From IMG/VR virus record IMGVR_UViG_3300048591_000212: 64,000 nucleotides of DNA. One strand, given 5' to 3'. Below, piece after piece: positions 55,151 to 64,000 of the stretch. The translations under genes and the position numbers were made by a program. This DNA comes from a virus (Duplodnaviria > Heunggongvirae > Uroviricota > Caudoviricetes). The notes under the pieces are model-generated. The model had not been told where the DNA came from. It saw only the letters and a list, made by a program, of their open reading frames with translations, and did no database searches. Position 1 is the stretch's first letter; each line of letters starts with the position of its first letter.

Positions 55151-55480
55151 TTACACAAAACTCTTCATATTATATTTATGCTTACGAAGAGCCGCACCAT
55201 CATTGCGATTGAAATAAGCCTTCCATGCCTTAGAGCGGACATTCACAGGAAAGATACTAATTGCTCTCGAAAAAGCCAGCTTTCGACCCGTTTCATTATT
55301 CGGACGATCCATTGGATTACGATGAGAGTATCCACTCGAAACCAGACCGGAGTCCTCGAAATCGACTCGACCGTCTTTCACCAGACGAACTTCGCACTCA
55401 TAGCCATCCGTTTCCAGACGCCGGAAGGACACATCATATGTTTGTCCTTGATTTTCAAACTGAACTCTACTACTATTCAT
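55151..55480 (-). CDS. hypothetical protein (109 aa)
   Basis: ORF track; GAGGAG SD 10 nt upstream; promoter at ~55521..55549. Confidence 0.45.
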   Translation of the reverse strand: MNSSRVQFENQGQTYDVSFRRLETDGYECEVRLVKDGRVDFEDSGLVSSGYSHRNPMDRPNNETGRKLAFSRAISIFPVNVRSKAWKAYFNRNDGAALRKHKYNMKSFV

Positions 55481-55520
55481 ATTATATAGACTCCTCTACT
55501 CAAATTTTGACCACACTCCA

Positions 55521-55549
55521 ATCCTACCACATCCTCAGCAGTTTGTCAA
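55521..55549 (-). promoter_or_regulatory. leftward promoter TTGACA-N17-TAGGAT (first of early leftward region)
   Basis: Shares palindromic -35 with rightward promoter. Confidence 0.4.
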
Positions 55550-55570
55550 GACATAAATACTAGCGTGATA
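55542..55570 (+). promoter_or_regulatory. rightward promoter TTGTCA-N17-TGATAT
   Basis: Plus strand: TTGTCAagacataaatactagcgTGATAT; AAGGAAAG SD then ATG of FmdB gene. Confidence 0.4.
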
Positions 55571-55598
55571 TCCATGTTGTTCAAAGGAAAGAAAATCT

Positions 55599-55880
55599 AT
55601 GCCATTTTATGATTATACCTGTCAGTCCTGCCATCACTCCTTCGAAAAGCGTCTGTCCATGTCGGACTGCGACCTACCCGAATCTGAACCCTGCCCTGAA
55701 TGTCATCAGGAAAATTCAGTAAAAAAAGATGCCTGTGCGCCACCCATCGTTGATCCGGTTCGAATTGGAGTGACTCGCCCTCCGTCAGATTTTTCAAAAT
55801 ATGTTCTCGGAAAAATCAAGCACGCCAATCCGAAGGCCGACATTGGAAACCGCAGATTCAGCATTAACAAAGAAGTCTAA
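55599..55880 (+). CDS. FmdB-family zinc-ribbon protein (93 aa)
   Basis: MPFYDYTCQSCHHSFE...CPECHQE. Confidence 0.6.
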   Translation: MPFYDYTCQSCHHSFEKRLSMSDCDLPESEPCPECHQENSVKKDACAPPIVDPVRIGVTRPPSDFSKYVLGKIKHANPKADIGNRRFSINKEV

Positions 55881-55901
55881 TAAAAGGAGACCACTCTAAT
55901 C

Positions 55902-56624
55902 TTGTCTACATCATCCTCGTCCTCAAGAAAAAGAGCAGTAAAGAAACCTTCTAAGAATGATCTCAATGGATTACAATTAAAGACAATATTACCCAAGACC
56001 GATGCCCAAAAGGACGTATTTGATGCCTTCTCGGAAGGATATCATGTTTTCATGAATGGGTATGCTGGCACGGGCAAGTCGTTTATTTCCATGTACTTAG
56101 CCCTCAAGGAAATGCTTCGCTATCCAGAGAAATACAAAAAGGTGATCATTATTCGGTCGGCAGTTTCTTCCAGAGAATTGGGCCATCTTCCCGGCGACCA
56201 AAAGGAGAAAATTGAGGTCTATGAAGAACCATATATTCATTTATGTAAGGAACTCTTTGATCGTGGGGACGCCTATTCGATTCTAAAACAGAAGGACAAG
56301 ATTCAGTTTCTATCAACGTCTTTTCTGCGCGGCACCACTCTGAATAATGCCATCATCATCGTGGATGAATTTCAGAATTTTCGAAAATCCGAATGTGTCA
56401 CAGTCTTCACTCGAATGGGAGAAAACACTCGAATCTTCGTGCTTGGAGACGTTGACCAGAACGATCTCGTAGTTTTTCGAAATGATGTATCATGGGGATA
56501 CTCTCTTATCGAAGTTATCTCAAAGATGGAATCCTTTGATGTGATTAACTTTGAACTGGACGATATCGTCCGCTCTGGCTTCGTCAAAGAATTCATTATT
56601 GCCAAATCTGAATTAAAAGATTGA
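55902..56624 (+). CDS. phoH: PhoH-like ATPase
   Basis: Walker A GYAGTGKS, Walker B IIIVDEFQN, conserved PhoH C-terminal block. Confidence 0.8.
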   Translation: MSTSSSSSRKRAVKKPSKNDLNGLQLKTILPKTDAQKDVFDAFSEGYHVFMNGYAGTGKSFISMYLALKEMLRYPEKYKKVIIIRSAVSSRELGHLPGDQKEKIEVYEEPYIHLCKELFDRGDAYSILKQKDKIQFLSTSFLRGTTLNNAIIIVDEFQNFRKSECVTVFTRMGENTRIFVLGDVDQNDLVVFRNDVSWGYSLIEVISKMESFDVINFELDDIVRSGFVKEFIIAKSELKD

Positions 56625-56663
56625 TTCTTTTATTCTTTCGTGCTACAATAATAAATGTAATTT

Positions 56664-57335
56664 ATGAAGAAGACTATTATAGGTAACAGTCTGGTTGACT
56701 TACCAACCGAGGACATAGATGGAAGAAGATATTATGTGACTCCAGAAGGAATTCGATATCCATCTGTCACTACTGCTCTTTCGGAATATTCCGACAAGAC
56801 CTTTTTACAAAAATGGAAAGATCGTATTGGGGAAGAAGAGGCCAATAAAATCACTCAGTATGCCTGTGATGTTGGAACGGCGGTTCACTCTCTTATTGAA
56901 AATTACTTATTCAATAAAAAAACCAAACCTGAACCATCTCCGTTTGCCATTCATCGAGACATGATGTTTGGAGCCATTCAGAGAAATCTCACCAAAATAG
57001 ATAACATTCATGCTCTGGAGGCTCCGCTCTATTCTCATACTCTAAGACTGGCAGGACGGACAGACTGTATTGCCGAGTACGACGGAAAACTTTCCATCAT
57101 CGACTTTAAGACTTCCAAGAAAGAAAAGAAGCTGGAATGGATTGAGAATTATTTCATTCAGGGAACTATTTACTCCTTAATGTACGAGGAGCTAACCGGA
57201 CTCAAGGCCAAGAATGTTGTGATTATTCTAGTGACCTATGACTGTGAGCCATTTGTCTGGGTCCAAAAACGCCGAGACTACTTTCCGCAAGTACAAAAAT
57301 TGACAACAGAGGTTGTGCCAAAGCTATTATTATGA
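56664..57335 (+). CDS. PD-(D/E)XK (RecB/Cas4-like) nuclease
   Basis: GTAVHSLIE ... RTDCIAEYDGKLSIIDFKTSKK (D, ExK motifs). Confidence 0.65.
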   Translation: MKKTIIGNSLVDLPTEDIDGRRYYVTPEGIRYPSVTTALSEYSDKTFLQKWKDRIGEEEANKITQYACDVGTAVHSLIENYLFNKKTKPEPSPFAIHRDMMFGAIQRNLTKIDNIHALEAPLYSHTLRLAGRTDCIAEYDGKLSIIDFKTSKKEKKLEWIENYFIQGTIYSLMYEELTGLKAKNVVIILVTYDCEPFVWVQKRRDYFPQVQKLTTEVVPKLLL

Positions 57336-57760
57336 AATTTGAAGAACTCCAAAAACAAATAGAAGATGATTTCAACAAAACAGACGAATACGATCTAGGA
57401 AAAGAGGTTCTTCGGAACGACAATCTTTTCGGAAAATATATCATTTTTCTGAAGGACGAAAAGATTCGTCTGGCTAAGATCGAGGCCCAACTGAAGAAAA
57501 TGATCTTTTTCAAAAAACAATACTACTCCGGGCAACTAAGTGACGAATATTATCAGGAACATCCTCTGGATAAAAGATACATTAAAACGGAATTAGGTGA
57601 TGTTCTAAACTCCGACGAGGACATTATCAAATTAAATGAAATGTTATCCAATTCAGCCCTCAAGGTCACGATGATCGAGGGGGCCATTAAGAGAATAGAT
57701 CGACGAGGATTTGACCTAAAGACTGCTGTTGATTACCTGAAATTCACTCAGGGAGTCTGA
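57332..57760 (+). CDS. hypothetical protein (142 aa)
   Basis: ORF track; ATGA overlap with upstream. Confidence 0.5.
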   Translation: MKFEELQKQIEDDFNKTDEYDLGKEVLRNDNLFGKYIIFLKDEKIRLAKIEAQLKKMIFFKKQYYSGQLSDEYYQEHPLDKRYIKTELGDVLNSDEDIIKLNEMLSNSALKVTMIEGAIKRIDRRGFDLKTAVDYLKFTQGV

Positions 57761-57773
57761 TGTTTGTGAACTA

Positions 57774-57795
57774 CATCAAATCTTTAGATTTGATG
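57774..57795. terminator. perfect 9-bp hairpin (CATCAAATC-TTTA-GATTTGATG) between convergent genes
   Basis: Could serve as bidirectional terminator and/or IS605-type subterminal hairpin. Confidence 0.4.
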
Positions 57796-58965
57796 CTTCC
57801 TTGGCCGAATCTCCAACGAGACTCGTATCTCCACAGGCGTTAATTTCCGTAGTTCCTACGGTATATTTGCTTATTCCTTCACTCAAAATATTCAAAGCAG
57901 CATTGAGATCTCGGTCAATTTCAAAATCACAGAATAAACATTTATAGGTTCGATCCGACAACCCAAGATCTTTCTTAATTTCTCCACATGATGAACACTT
58001 CTTTGAAGAAGGATACCAAGGATTGATTTTCGTGAATATCTTACCTTGCTTCTGGCATTGCCATTTCAAAGCCTCATGAAATTGAAACCAACTTACATCA
58101 GCAATTGATTTCGCAAGTTTATGATTTTTCATCATTCCTTGAATATTTAAAGTTTCCACCACAACAACATCATTATTCTTGATTATCGAATTTGCTGTTT
58201 TGTTAATGAAATCTTTTCTTTGGTTTTTGATTTTTCTATGTAATTTAGCTAATTTTCGTCTAGCCTTTTCTCTATTCTGCGACCCGCTCTTTTTTCTAGA
58301 GTGATGTTTATTTCTTCTCTTCAGTTTCTTTTCTGAAGATTTCATAAATTTTGGATTTGATATGATCTCGGCATCTGATGTGATGGCGTACTCTTTTAGC
58401 CCCACATCAATTCCGATGCCGGATGTAATTTCAAAAATTGTGGGAGGAAAATAATCATCCGGCAATTTCACAAGAATGGATGCAAAATAATCTCCTACCT
58501 ATCTCGACTAATGGTGATAGAACCGGGAGTTCCTAGTAGCTCTCTATGAAGAACGATTCGAATTCCAGTCTTCATTTTCGGAAGACGAATTTTATTATTT
58601 TCCAATTGAAAAGAAGGAAATCGAATCCCAGACTCATCTGTCTTTTTGGATTTAAATCTCGGAAATCCTTTTCTATTCTTATTGATTTTGAATGTCTGTT
58701 TTATTGCCGTGTCCAAGTCCTGACACTTCTGCTGAAGACATTGGGATGGAATCTCTTTTAACCACTCGGTTTCTGGCTGCCGCTTGAGATCGGGTAACAT
58801 GTTGTTCATATCATACTCGAATATGAATTTCTTCGACTGTTCATATTCGTCAACATTTTTTCTTAACATATAATTCCAGATGAAGCGGCCTTGACCCAAC
58901 CACGAATTAAGTTGTGTCCTTTGTTCCTTATTTGGATATAGCCGAAATTTTTGTCGAAGAAACAT
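57776..58965 (-). pseudogene. tnpB: IS200/IS605-family tnpB (OrfB) disrupted by a -1 frameshift plus stops, split into 58495..58965 (N-part) and 57776..58471 (C-part)
   Basis: N-part FRLYPNKEQRTQLNSWLGQGRFIWN (OrfB N-domain); C-part has RuvC-like and zinc-finger CSSCGEI...CLFCDFEIDRDLNAALNI; the frames differ and TAG/TGA stops lie between them. Confidence 0.7.
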
Positions 58966-59086
58966 GTGATAAATACTCTTTGTTACTGATAGTATTTAGT
59001 TGATCGATTCATCCCATCACCCAAAGGAGATGGGTTTTCTCGATTTTAACGAAAAGATAAATACAAGACAGGAGATTTCTATTTTC

Positions 59087-59680
59087 ATGTCATCATATTC
59101 ATTCAAGAACTACTACAGTCAATTAGTTATTTCGGAAAGCGTTTCCATTCAGAGAACGGCAGACAAGGCTCTGGCAGTCCTGACTTCTCATGACAGCGCC
59201 CCATACACAAAACTCGCCAATAATATTCGAAGACTTGCCGAGCTTGAGGCCGAGGTCAAAGAACTAAAGGAATCAATTAAGACTGACACGAGAGATCATG
59301 TTCAGGCTCTTTTTGAGGCCGAGGACGTTGTTCGGACCAGAATTGTCGAAACTGTTTCCTTTACCCTCACTCTTTCCAAAGATCCCAAGGCTTCCGAAAC
59401 CTTCAAATATAAAGAAATTTTGGATGAATTAGCCAAGTCATTTACTCCTGAACTAATTCAAAAAATGACCGATCTGAAAAAGACCTTTAAGTCCGTCACC
59501 CAAAAGCCGCCTTCCCTGAAACTTGCCGACAAAAAACCACTCAAGGAAGAAGTTTCCTTAAAGTCCTTCTTCTCCTCTCTCAAGAAAATGTCCTCAAAAT
59601 TCATGAAATATATTTCATCGTGGTCCAAGTCCTATGACAAGAAGCTGGCCTCCCTGAAGCAAAAAGCCAAGGCGATCTAA
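59087..59680 (+). CDS. hypothetical protein (~197 aa; start trimmed to ATG after AGGAG)
   Basis: Track ORF 59000..59680 begins with TTG inside the IS end. Confidence 0.5.
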   Translation: MSSYSFKNYYSQLVISESVSIQRTADKALAVLTSHDSAPYTKLANNIRRLAELEAEVKELKESIKTDTRDHVQALFEAEDVVRTRIVETVSFTLTLSKDPKASETFKYKEILDELAKSFTPELIQKMTDLKKTFKSVTQKPPSLKLADKKPLKEEVSLKSFFSSLKKMSSKFMKYISSWSKSYDKKLASLKQKAKAI

Positions 59681-59683
59681 TGT

Positions 59684-60568
59684 ATGAAAACTTTCAGAGA
59701 GTTGGTTCTAACCGAAGCCGCTCCAGCCAAAAAAAGAGAAATCAACGACTATTTGGACATTGGTCATCACGGACATAGCCCATTTCAATTATACTTCTTT
59801 GATGGCACGACTCGAAAAATGTATGTGTCCAAAGTACGAGAAAAGAAAGACAATCTTAGATATGATCACATACACTTTATTGGTGAAATAGGAATTAATA
59901 GGAACTTTCCATCAAGTGACATATCCGGCAGATACGAAACCCAAACTGGTCTTTTGAGTATTGGATTAGGTTCGGACTATGAAAGAAAAGGAAAGAAAAT
60001 TCCAGTCAAATTCGTCGAAAAGCTGATCGATATATTCCCGAATATCAAAGAAATATATGTGACTACTTGGAGTGGCGGCGTCAAAAAAGTCACATTTTCT
60101 GAGCTATTGAATGAGTCAATCTATGATAATCTCAGATATTTCTCTATGTGGTGGAAACATGGTGACTCAGAACCCCTCTATATGTGGGGAAATTCCGAAG
60201 AACACTCCGAAGCCATAGTTCGTTTGGCCCCCAATCTATTCACTGGAGCCTACGAAAAGGCAAAAGAAGATCCTTATTATTGGAAACAAATCAATTCAAG
60301 GGCCATCAGGAACGGATATATTCGAGTCGGTAAATTCGATACCAGTATTCACGGTAAGGAACTATTCATCCAATTTGATTCAAGAATAAAAGGAATATGG
60401 AAGACAATATTCAAAATTTTGAAATGGATGGATATTGATAATGATGAGAAAGTGTTACTGGTGTTCGGCCCAAATACGGACGGTTTCTCTGAACTGATGA
60501 CGAAGGCCGAGGCCATGAGACTCGCCACGGCCCATAACGAAAAAATGAGGAAAACAGCAGTCTCCTAA
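59684..60568 (+). CDS. hypothetical protein (294 aa)
   Basis: ORF track. Confidence 0.55.
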   Translation: MKTFRELVLTEAAPAKKREINDYLDIGHHGHSPFQLYFFDGTTRKMYVSKVREKKDNLRYDHIHFIGEIGINRNFPSSDISGRYETQTGLLSIGLGSDYERKGKKIPVKFVEKLIDIFPNIKEIYVTTWSGGVKKVTFSELLNESIYDNLRYFSMWWKHGDSEPLYMWGNSEEHSEAIVRLAPNLFTGAYEKAKEDPYYWKQINSRAIRNGYIRVGKFDTSIHGKELFIQFDSRIKGIWKTIFKILKWMDIDNDEKVLLVFGPNTDGFSELMTKAEAMRLATAHNEKMRKTAVS

Positions 60569-60585
60569 ATAATATCTAGGAGACT
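60559..60585 (+). terminator. hairpin AGTCTCCT-N11-AGGAGACT after stop of 59684..60568; its 3' arm contains the SD of the helicase gene
   Basis: 8-bp stem; no U tract, so could be a terminator or a translational attenuator. Confidence 0.35.
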
Positions 60586-60591
60586 ATTGTT

Positions 60592-62073
60592 ATGAACTCG
60601 CTTGAGATAATTCCAATCAATGAAACATGGGTCGGCCTAAACTCCTCCTCGCCTTCAATCATCTATGAACTGTCTGATGAACTAACCTTTCCGATTCCCG
60701 GTGCCCAATTTTCTCCCGCCTTCAAAAAGGGCTTCTGGGACGGTAAGATTCGTCTGGTCAAGAAGAATCGAGTCTATCGGGGGCTAGTTTCCTATATTCA
60801 GAAATTCTGTGAAGAGAGAGAATATTCCTGTGATGTTTCACAAATCGAGACTCAGAATAATTTCACGGACTTCAATATTGATTCATTCATTCGAGACCTA
60901 AAGCCAACAAACGCCACTGGAGAACTTATTTCTCCCTATGACTACCAGAGAGAGGGGCTGGAACTGGCGGTCCAGAATAAAAGAAAGACCATCCTGTCAG
61001 CCACGGCATCGGGTAAGTCTCTGATCATCTATATGATTCTGAGATTCTATCTGGAAAATCTCGAAGGCAATTTTCTTCTCATTGTCCCTAATATTTCTCT
61101 AGTGGAACAAATGTTCAATGATTTTCGGGAATATTCACAAATCAATGGTTTCGATGTTGAAGAACATTGCGCCAAGGTCTATTCCGGCAAGGACAAGAAC
61201 ACCGGAAAGAGAATCACGATTTCGACATGGCAGTCAATGTTCAAAATGCCAAAGGACTATCTGGAACAATTCACTCTTCTGATTGGAGACGAGTGTCATA
61301 CACAGAAGAGCAAGGAAACATCCGGCCTGATTGAGAATCTGATCAACTGCTCTCACCGATACGGATTTACTGGAACTCTGGACAACGAGAAAATTCATGA
61401 ACTAGTGATCACTGGTCTATTCGGGGATATTCAAAGAATTTCCAAGTCTTCCGAATTAATCAAAGACGGCAAGCTATCCAAACTGATGATTAACTGTATC
61501 ACTTTCAATTATTCAGAAGAAGAGTCCCGGCTTGTGTGCAAGAATGATTGGGAGCATGAGGTTCAGTTCATTAATTCCCATGAGGCCAGAAATGACTTCA
61601 TTGTCAATCTGGCTCATTCATTAAAAGGTAATGCTCTGATTGTCTTTTCCAGAGTAGAGAAACATGGCATGGTCATTTTCAATAAACTACAAGAGCGTAC
61701 CTCCAAGAACTGCTACTTTATTTACGGTAAGGTCAAGGCGAGTGAGAGAGAAGACATTCGACAGGCAGTAGAAGGCTCCGAAAACAATATTATTGTTGCC
61801 ACGTCTCAAATCTTCGCTCAGGGTATCAATATCAAATCTCTTCAGCACGTCATTCTTGCTCATCCATCCAAGGGACGAATTCGTCTAATCCAGACCATTG
61901 GCAGAGCCTTAAGAAAATCAGATCGTAAGGATGTTTCGTATATTCATGATCTTTCAGATAATCTCTGTAGCAAGAATAAAAAGAACTACTCCTTCAAACA
62001 TTTTAAGGAAAGACTCCGAATGTACGTTGAAGAGGAATTTCCTTATAGAACCTTTGAACATAGATTATTCTGA
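60592..62073 (+). CDS. SF2 DExH-box helicase (UvsW-like RNA-DNA or DNA helicase)
   Basis: Motif I ATASGKS, II GDECH, III FTGTL, V/VI ATSQIFAQGINI...QTIGRALR. Confidence 0.75.
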   Translation: MNSLEIIPINETWVGLNSSSPSIIYELSDELTFPIPGAQFSPAFKKGFWDGKIRLVKKNRVYRGLVSYIQKFCEEREYSCDVSQIETQNNFTDFNIDSFIRDLKPTNATGELISPYDYQREGLELAVQNKRKTILSATASGKSLIIYMILRFYLENLEGNFLLIVPNISLVEQMFNDFREYSQINGFDVEEHCAKVYSGKDKNTGKRITISTWQSMFKMPKDYLEQFTLLIGDECHTQKSKETSGLIENLINCSHRYGFTGTLDNEKIHELVITGLFGDIQRISKSSELIKDGKLSKLMINCITFNYSEEESRLVCKNDWEHEVQFINSHEARNDFIVNLAHSLKGNALIVFSRVEKHGMVIFNKLQERTSKNCYFIYGKVKASEREDIRQAVEGSENNIIVATSQIFAQGINIKSLQHVILAHPSKGRIRLIQTIGRALRKSDRKDVSYIHDLSDNLCSKNKKNYSFKHFKERLRMYVEEEFPYRTFEHRLF

Positions 62074-62228
62074 AGGACATCCTTTATTAATAATATTCTC
62101 CTTAATTACATTAATTATTATAGCAGAAAAAATGAAGTCTGTCAATATTTTAATTCAATTCCTGAATAAAAAGAAACTTGATTTTTCGTATTGATTCTTT
62201 TATTCTTTCGTGCTAGACTGGTTACAGT

Positions 62229-62450
62229 ATGACACAAGAAGCCTTATTGGAAGCAATTAATGAAATTTCAGAAAAGTATCAAATGGATACTCTGGAGTCC
62301 TTTGTTTATTTATGTGAGTCGAACGATTTCGATATTGAGGCGATGGCGACGATTGTTCCTCAGTCATTGAAGATTCGTATGGAGCGAGATGCCAAGCAAA
62401 AGAGACTTCTGAAGAAAAATGCCGACAGCGAGTATACTTTGCCACTATGA
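62229..62450 (+). CDS. hypothetical protein (73 aa)
   Basis: ORF track. Confidence 0.4.
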   Translation: MTQEALLEAINEISEKYQMDTLESFVYLCESNDFDIEAMATIVPQSLKIRMERDAKQKRLLKKNADSEYTLPL

Positions 62451-63100
62451 CTCAATTTGAACCCAAGCAGCGAGGCACCGGATTCGATGCCTACAAAATT
62501 TACACAGCAATCAAGTTACACTTCGATTCGGACTCGTATGATTACTTCAAATACAATGGAAGCATTCGGGCAACCGAGAATTCATTTCATAAAAGAAATG
62601 ATGTGTACTTCTTTGAGAAATTGGCGCGGGACTATGACCTGAATACTATCATCGGCAAGAATCTGGCTCAGGTTCGTATGGCTGGCGGCGGAACCAATAA
62701 GTATTGGATCAAGGATCTTTTGTCTAGAGAGAATGATAAAGAATACTTTCGGTGGAAAGCCTATACGGATTCCTTCGGTATTTATCTGAAGAATGAATTA
62801 TCTGAAATACGAGAATTTCTGATTCTGAATGAGGACATGAATTTTCCGAAGTTGTTCGTTCCTATTGAAAACTCTGATCCAATTTTTCTGAAATGGATGA
62901 TCACTCGAAAGCACACGGAAGAGTGTGTCCTCTCTATTCAGAAGGCCATGAAGTGTTTCGAAGTAATGGGTCTTCCAGAGAATTCTATTCATTCAGATTT
63001 GTACAATTACTACAATAAATATCTACCATTCGTGGAAAATTTTATAATTTCACGAAAAGAAATTCAGAATTTAATGATTGATCTTTTTAAGGGAGTGTGA
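62447..63100 (+). CDS. gp59-like helicase loader (217 aa)
   Basis: Same length as T4 gp59 and matching conserved pattern YKIYTAIKLHF..YDYFKYNG....SFHKRNDVYFFEKLARDY (T4: YKLYLMIKQHM..YDVIKYNW....AYQKRRDKYFFQKLSEKY); immediately precedes gp32-like gene as in T4. Confidence 0.7.
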   Translation: MTQFEPKQRGTGFDAYKIYTAIKLHFDSDSYDYFKYNGSIRATENSFHKRNDVYFFEKLARDYDLNTIIGKNLAQVRMAGGGTNKYWIKDLLSRENDKEYFRWKAYTDSFGIYLKNELSEIREFLILNEDMNFPKLFVPIENSDPIFLKWMITRKHTEECVLSIQKAMKCFEVMGLPENSIHSDLYNYYNKYLPFVENFIISRKEIQNLMIDLFKGV

Positions 63101-63112
63101 TAATATAGAATC

Positions 63113-63460
63113 ATGAGAAGAGATTTTGATGATGAAGATGATGACGATTTGGAAGAGGAAGAAGAAAATCCAGATATCATAAATATAGTAGATGATGAAG
63201 AGTCGTTGATGATTGAGGGTATGTCCGAAGAGGCCATAGCCGAATTAGTTTTCGATTCTTTTGAGAATATCTATGACGGTCTCGATGCTCTGGCAGAAGT
63301 TCTGGAATATTTTTATGTAAAGAACAAGGAATATAACGAAAGTAAGGATTCCGAAGTTCTAATTCTTACAGAAAAATGTCGCGGCTACGAAGCAGAATTG
63401 AAGAGACTTTATCAACAATTAGCAAAATATACCTCGGAAGAGGAACAAAGCAAAGAATAG
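63113..63460 (+). CDS. acidic protein (115 aa)
   Basis: ORF track; D/E-rich. Confidence 0.45.
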   Translation: MRRDFDDEDDDDLEEEEENPDIINIVDDEESLMIEGMSEEAIAELVFDSFENIYDGLDALAEVLEYFYVKNKEYNESKDSEVLILTEKCRGYEAELKRLYQQLAKYTSEEEQSKE

Positions 63461-63473
63461 GAGAAAAACATTT

Positions 63474-64000
63474 ATGGCTTTCAAAGACCTAAAAGTAAAC
63501 AGTAACACATCCATCTCGACACTCATCGAGGAATTAAATAAACAATCCAAAGGCAGCTACGTTGATGAACGTATGTGGAAGCCGAGCTTCGACAAGAAGA
63601 AGGGCGTGGGCACGGCCCTCATTCGGTTTCTTCCTGAATGCGGTTCCCAAAAAATTGGTTGGGTCAAGTATGGCTCATACTTCTTTAAGGGTCCGGGCGG
63701 ATACTATGTGGAAAAGTCTCTGTCCTCAATCGGACAGACAGATCCCGTATATGAAGTAAATCATGAACTGTGGGAATCTGGTATTGAGGCGAATAAGGAA
63801 ATCGTCCGGGGACGCAAACTTCAGAAGAAATTCGTTTCGAATGTCTATGTGATTTCTGATCCAGAAAATCCAGATAATGAAGGCAAGGTGTTTCTTTTTG
63901 AATATGGCAACCAGATTTTCAAGAAGATTCAGGAGAAGATCAAGCCGGAATTTGAACATGAAGAAAGTTTCGATCCGTTTAATTTCTGGACCGGAGCCAA
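63474..64000 (+). CDS. gp32-like single-stranded DNA-binding protein, 5' part (runs off window end)
   Basis: ALIRFLPE and ENEGKVFLF match T4 gp32 AVIRFLPS and ENEGKVF; AGGAG SD. Confidence 0.8.
   Translation, partial: MAFKDLKVNSNTSISTLIEELNKQSKGSYVDERMWKPSFDKKKGVGTALIRFLPECGSQKIGWVKYGSYFFKGPGGYYVEKSLSSIGQTDPVYEVNHELWESGIEANKEIVRGRKLQKKFVSNVYVISDPENPDNEGKVFLFEYGNQIFKKIQEKIKPEFEHEESFDPFNFWTGA

Larger units (their letters stand above)
57774..59034 (-). mobile_element. IS605-family (IS1341-like, tnpB-only) insertion, approximate limits
   Basis: Flanked by hairpins 57774..57795 and 59013..59034 (CCCATC-N10-GATGGG); no tnpA. Confidence 0.45.

Noticed and set aside
55058-55489. 143-aa plus-strand ORF (MVASVGLEPTRPRGQQGLN...)
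   Set aside because: It is the translation of the antisense of tRNA-Leu plus the antisense of the 55151..55480 gene

Overview
This window looks like a T4-like (Tevenvirinae-related) myovirus genome segment, AT-rich and densely coded, in three blocks. (1) 1-22.7 kb: late structural genes on the minus strand. They include a fibre-like partial gene, three very large fibre or baseplate proteins (1976, 752 and 1359 aa), and baseplate proteins resembling gp6, gp25 and gp5 plus hub-like proteins. Three genes sharing the N-terminal peptide MN(Y/H)LRH(I/L) are translationally coupled into this operon. A compact divergent late-promoter pair sits at about 22.72 kb. A plus-strand tail module follows at 22.7-28.7 kb, with two assembly proteins, a Gly-rich tape measure and two tube-like paralogs. 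(2) 28.7-55.5 kb: an early, leftward-transcribed accessory region of many small ORFs. It holds at least eight tRNA genes (Thr, Gln, Arg, Ile-like UAU, Ser, Val, Cys, Leu) and two atypical tRNA-like paralogs. A recurring promoter that matches the sigma70 consensus (TTGACA-N17-TATACT) has an ATG 6 nt after the -10 box (predicted leaderless mRNAs). Enzymes here include an HD hydrolase, MazG, a metallophosphoesterase, an RlaP-like nucleotidyltransferase, an SPFH lipoprotein, a DEDDh exonuclease, an alpha/beta hydrolase, HExxH proteases and an HNH endonuclease. A PRPP-synthetase-like gene sits next to a NAMPT-like gene interrupted by two LAGLIDADG inteins; this looks like an NAD+ salvage or NAD-reconstitution pair. 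(3) 55.6-64 kb: plus-strand replication and recombination genes, namely an FmdB zinc ribbon, PhoH, a PD-(D/E)XK nuclease, an SF2 DExH helicase, a gp59-like helicase loader and the start of a gp32-like SSB. A frameshifted IS605-family tnpB is inserted among them. Protein coordinates follow the supplied ORF track; coordinates I derived myself (tRNAs, promoters, hairpins, re-assigned starts) may be off by 1-2 nt. All homology calls are from motif recognition by eye, not database searches.
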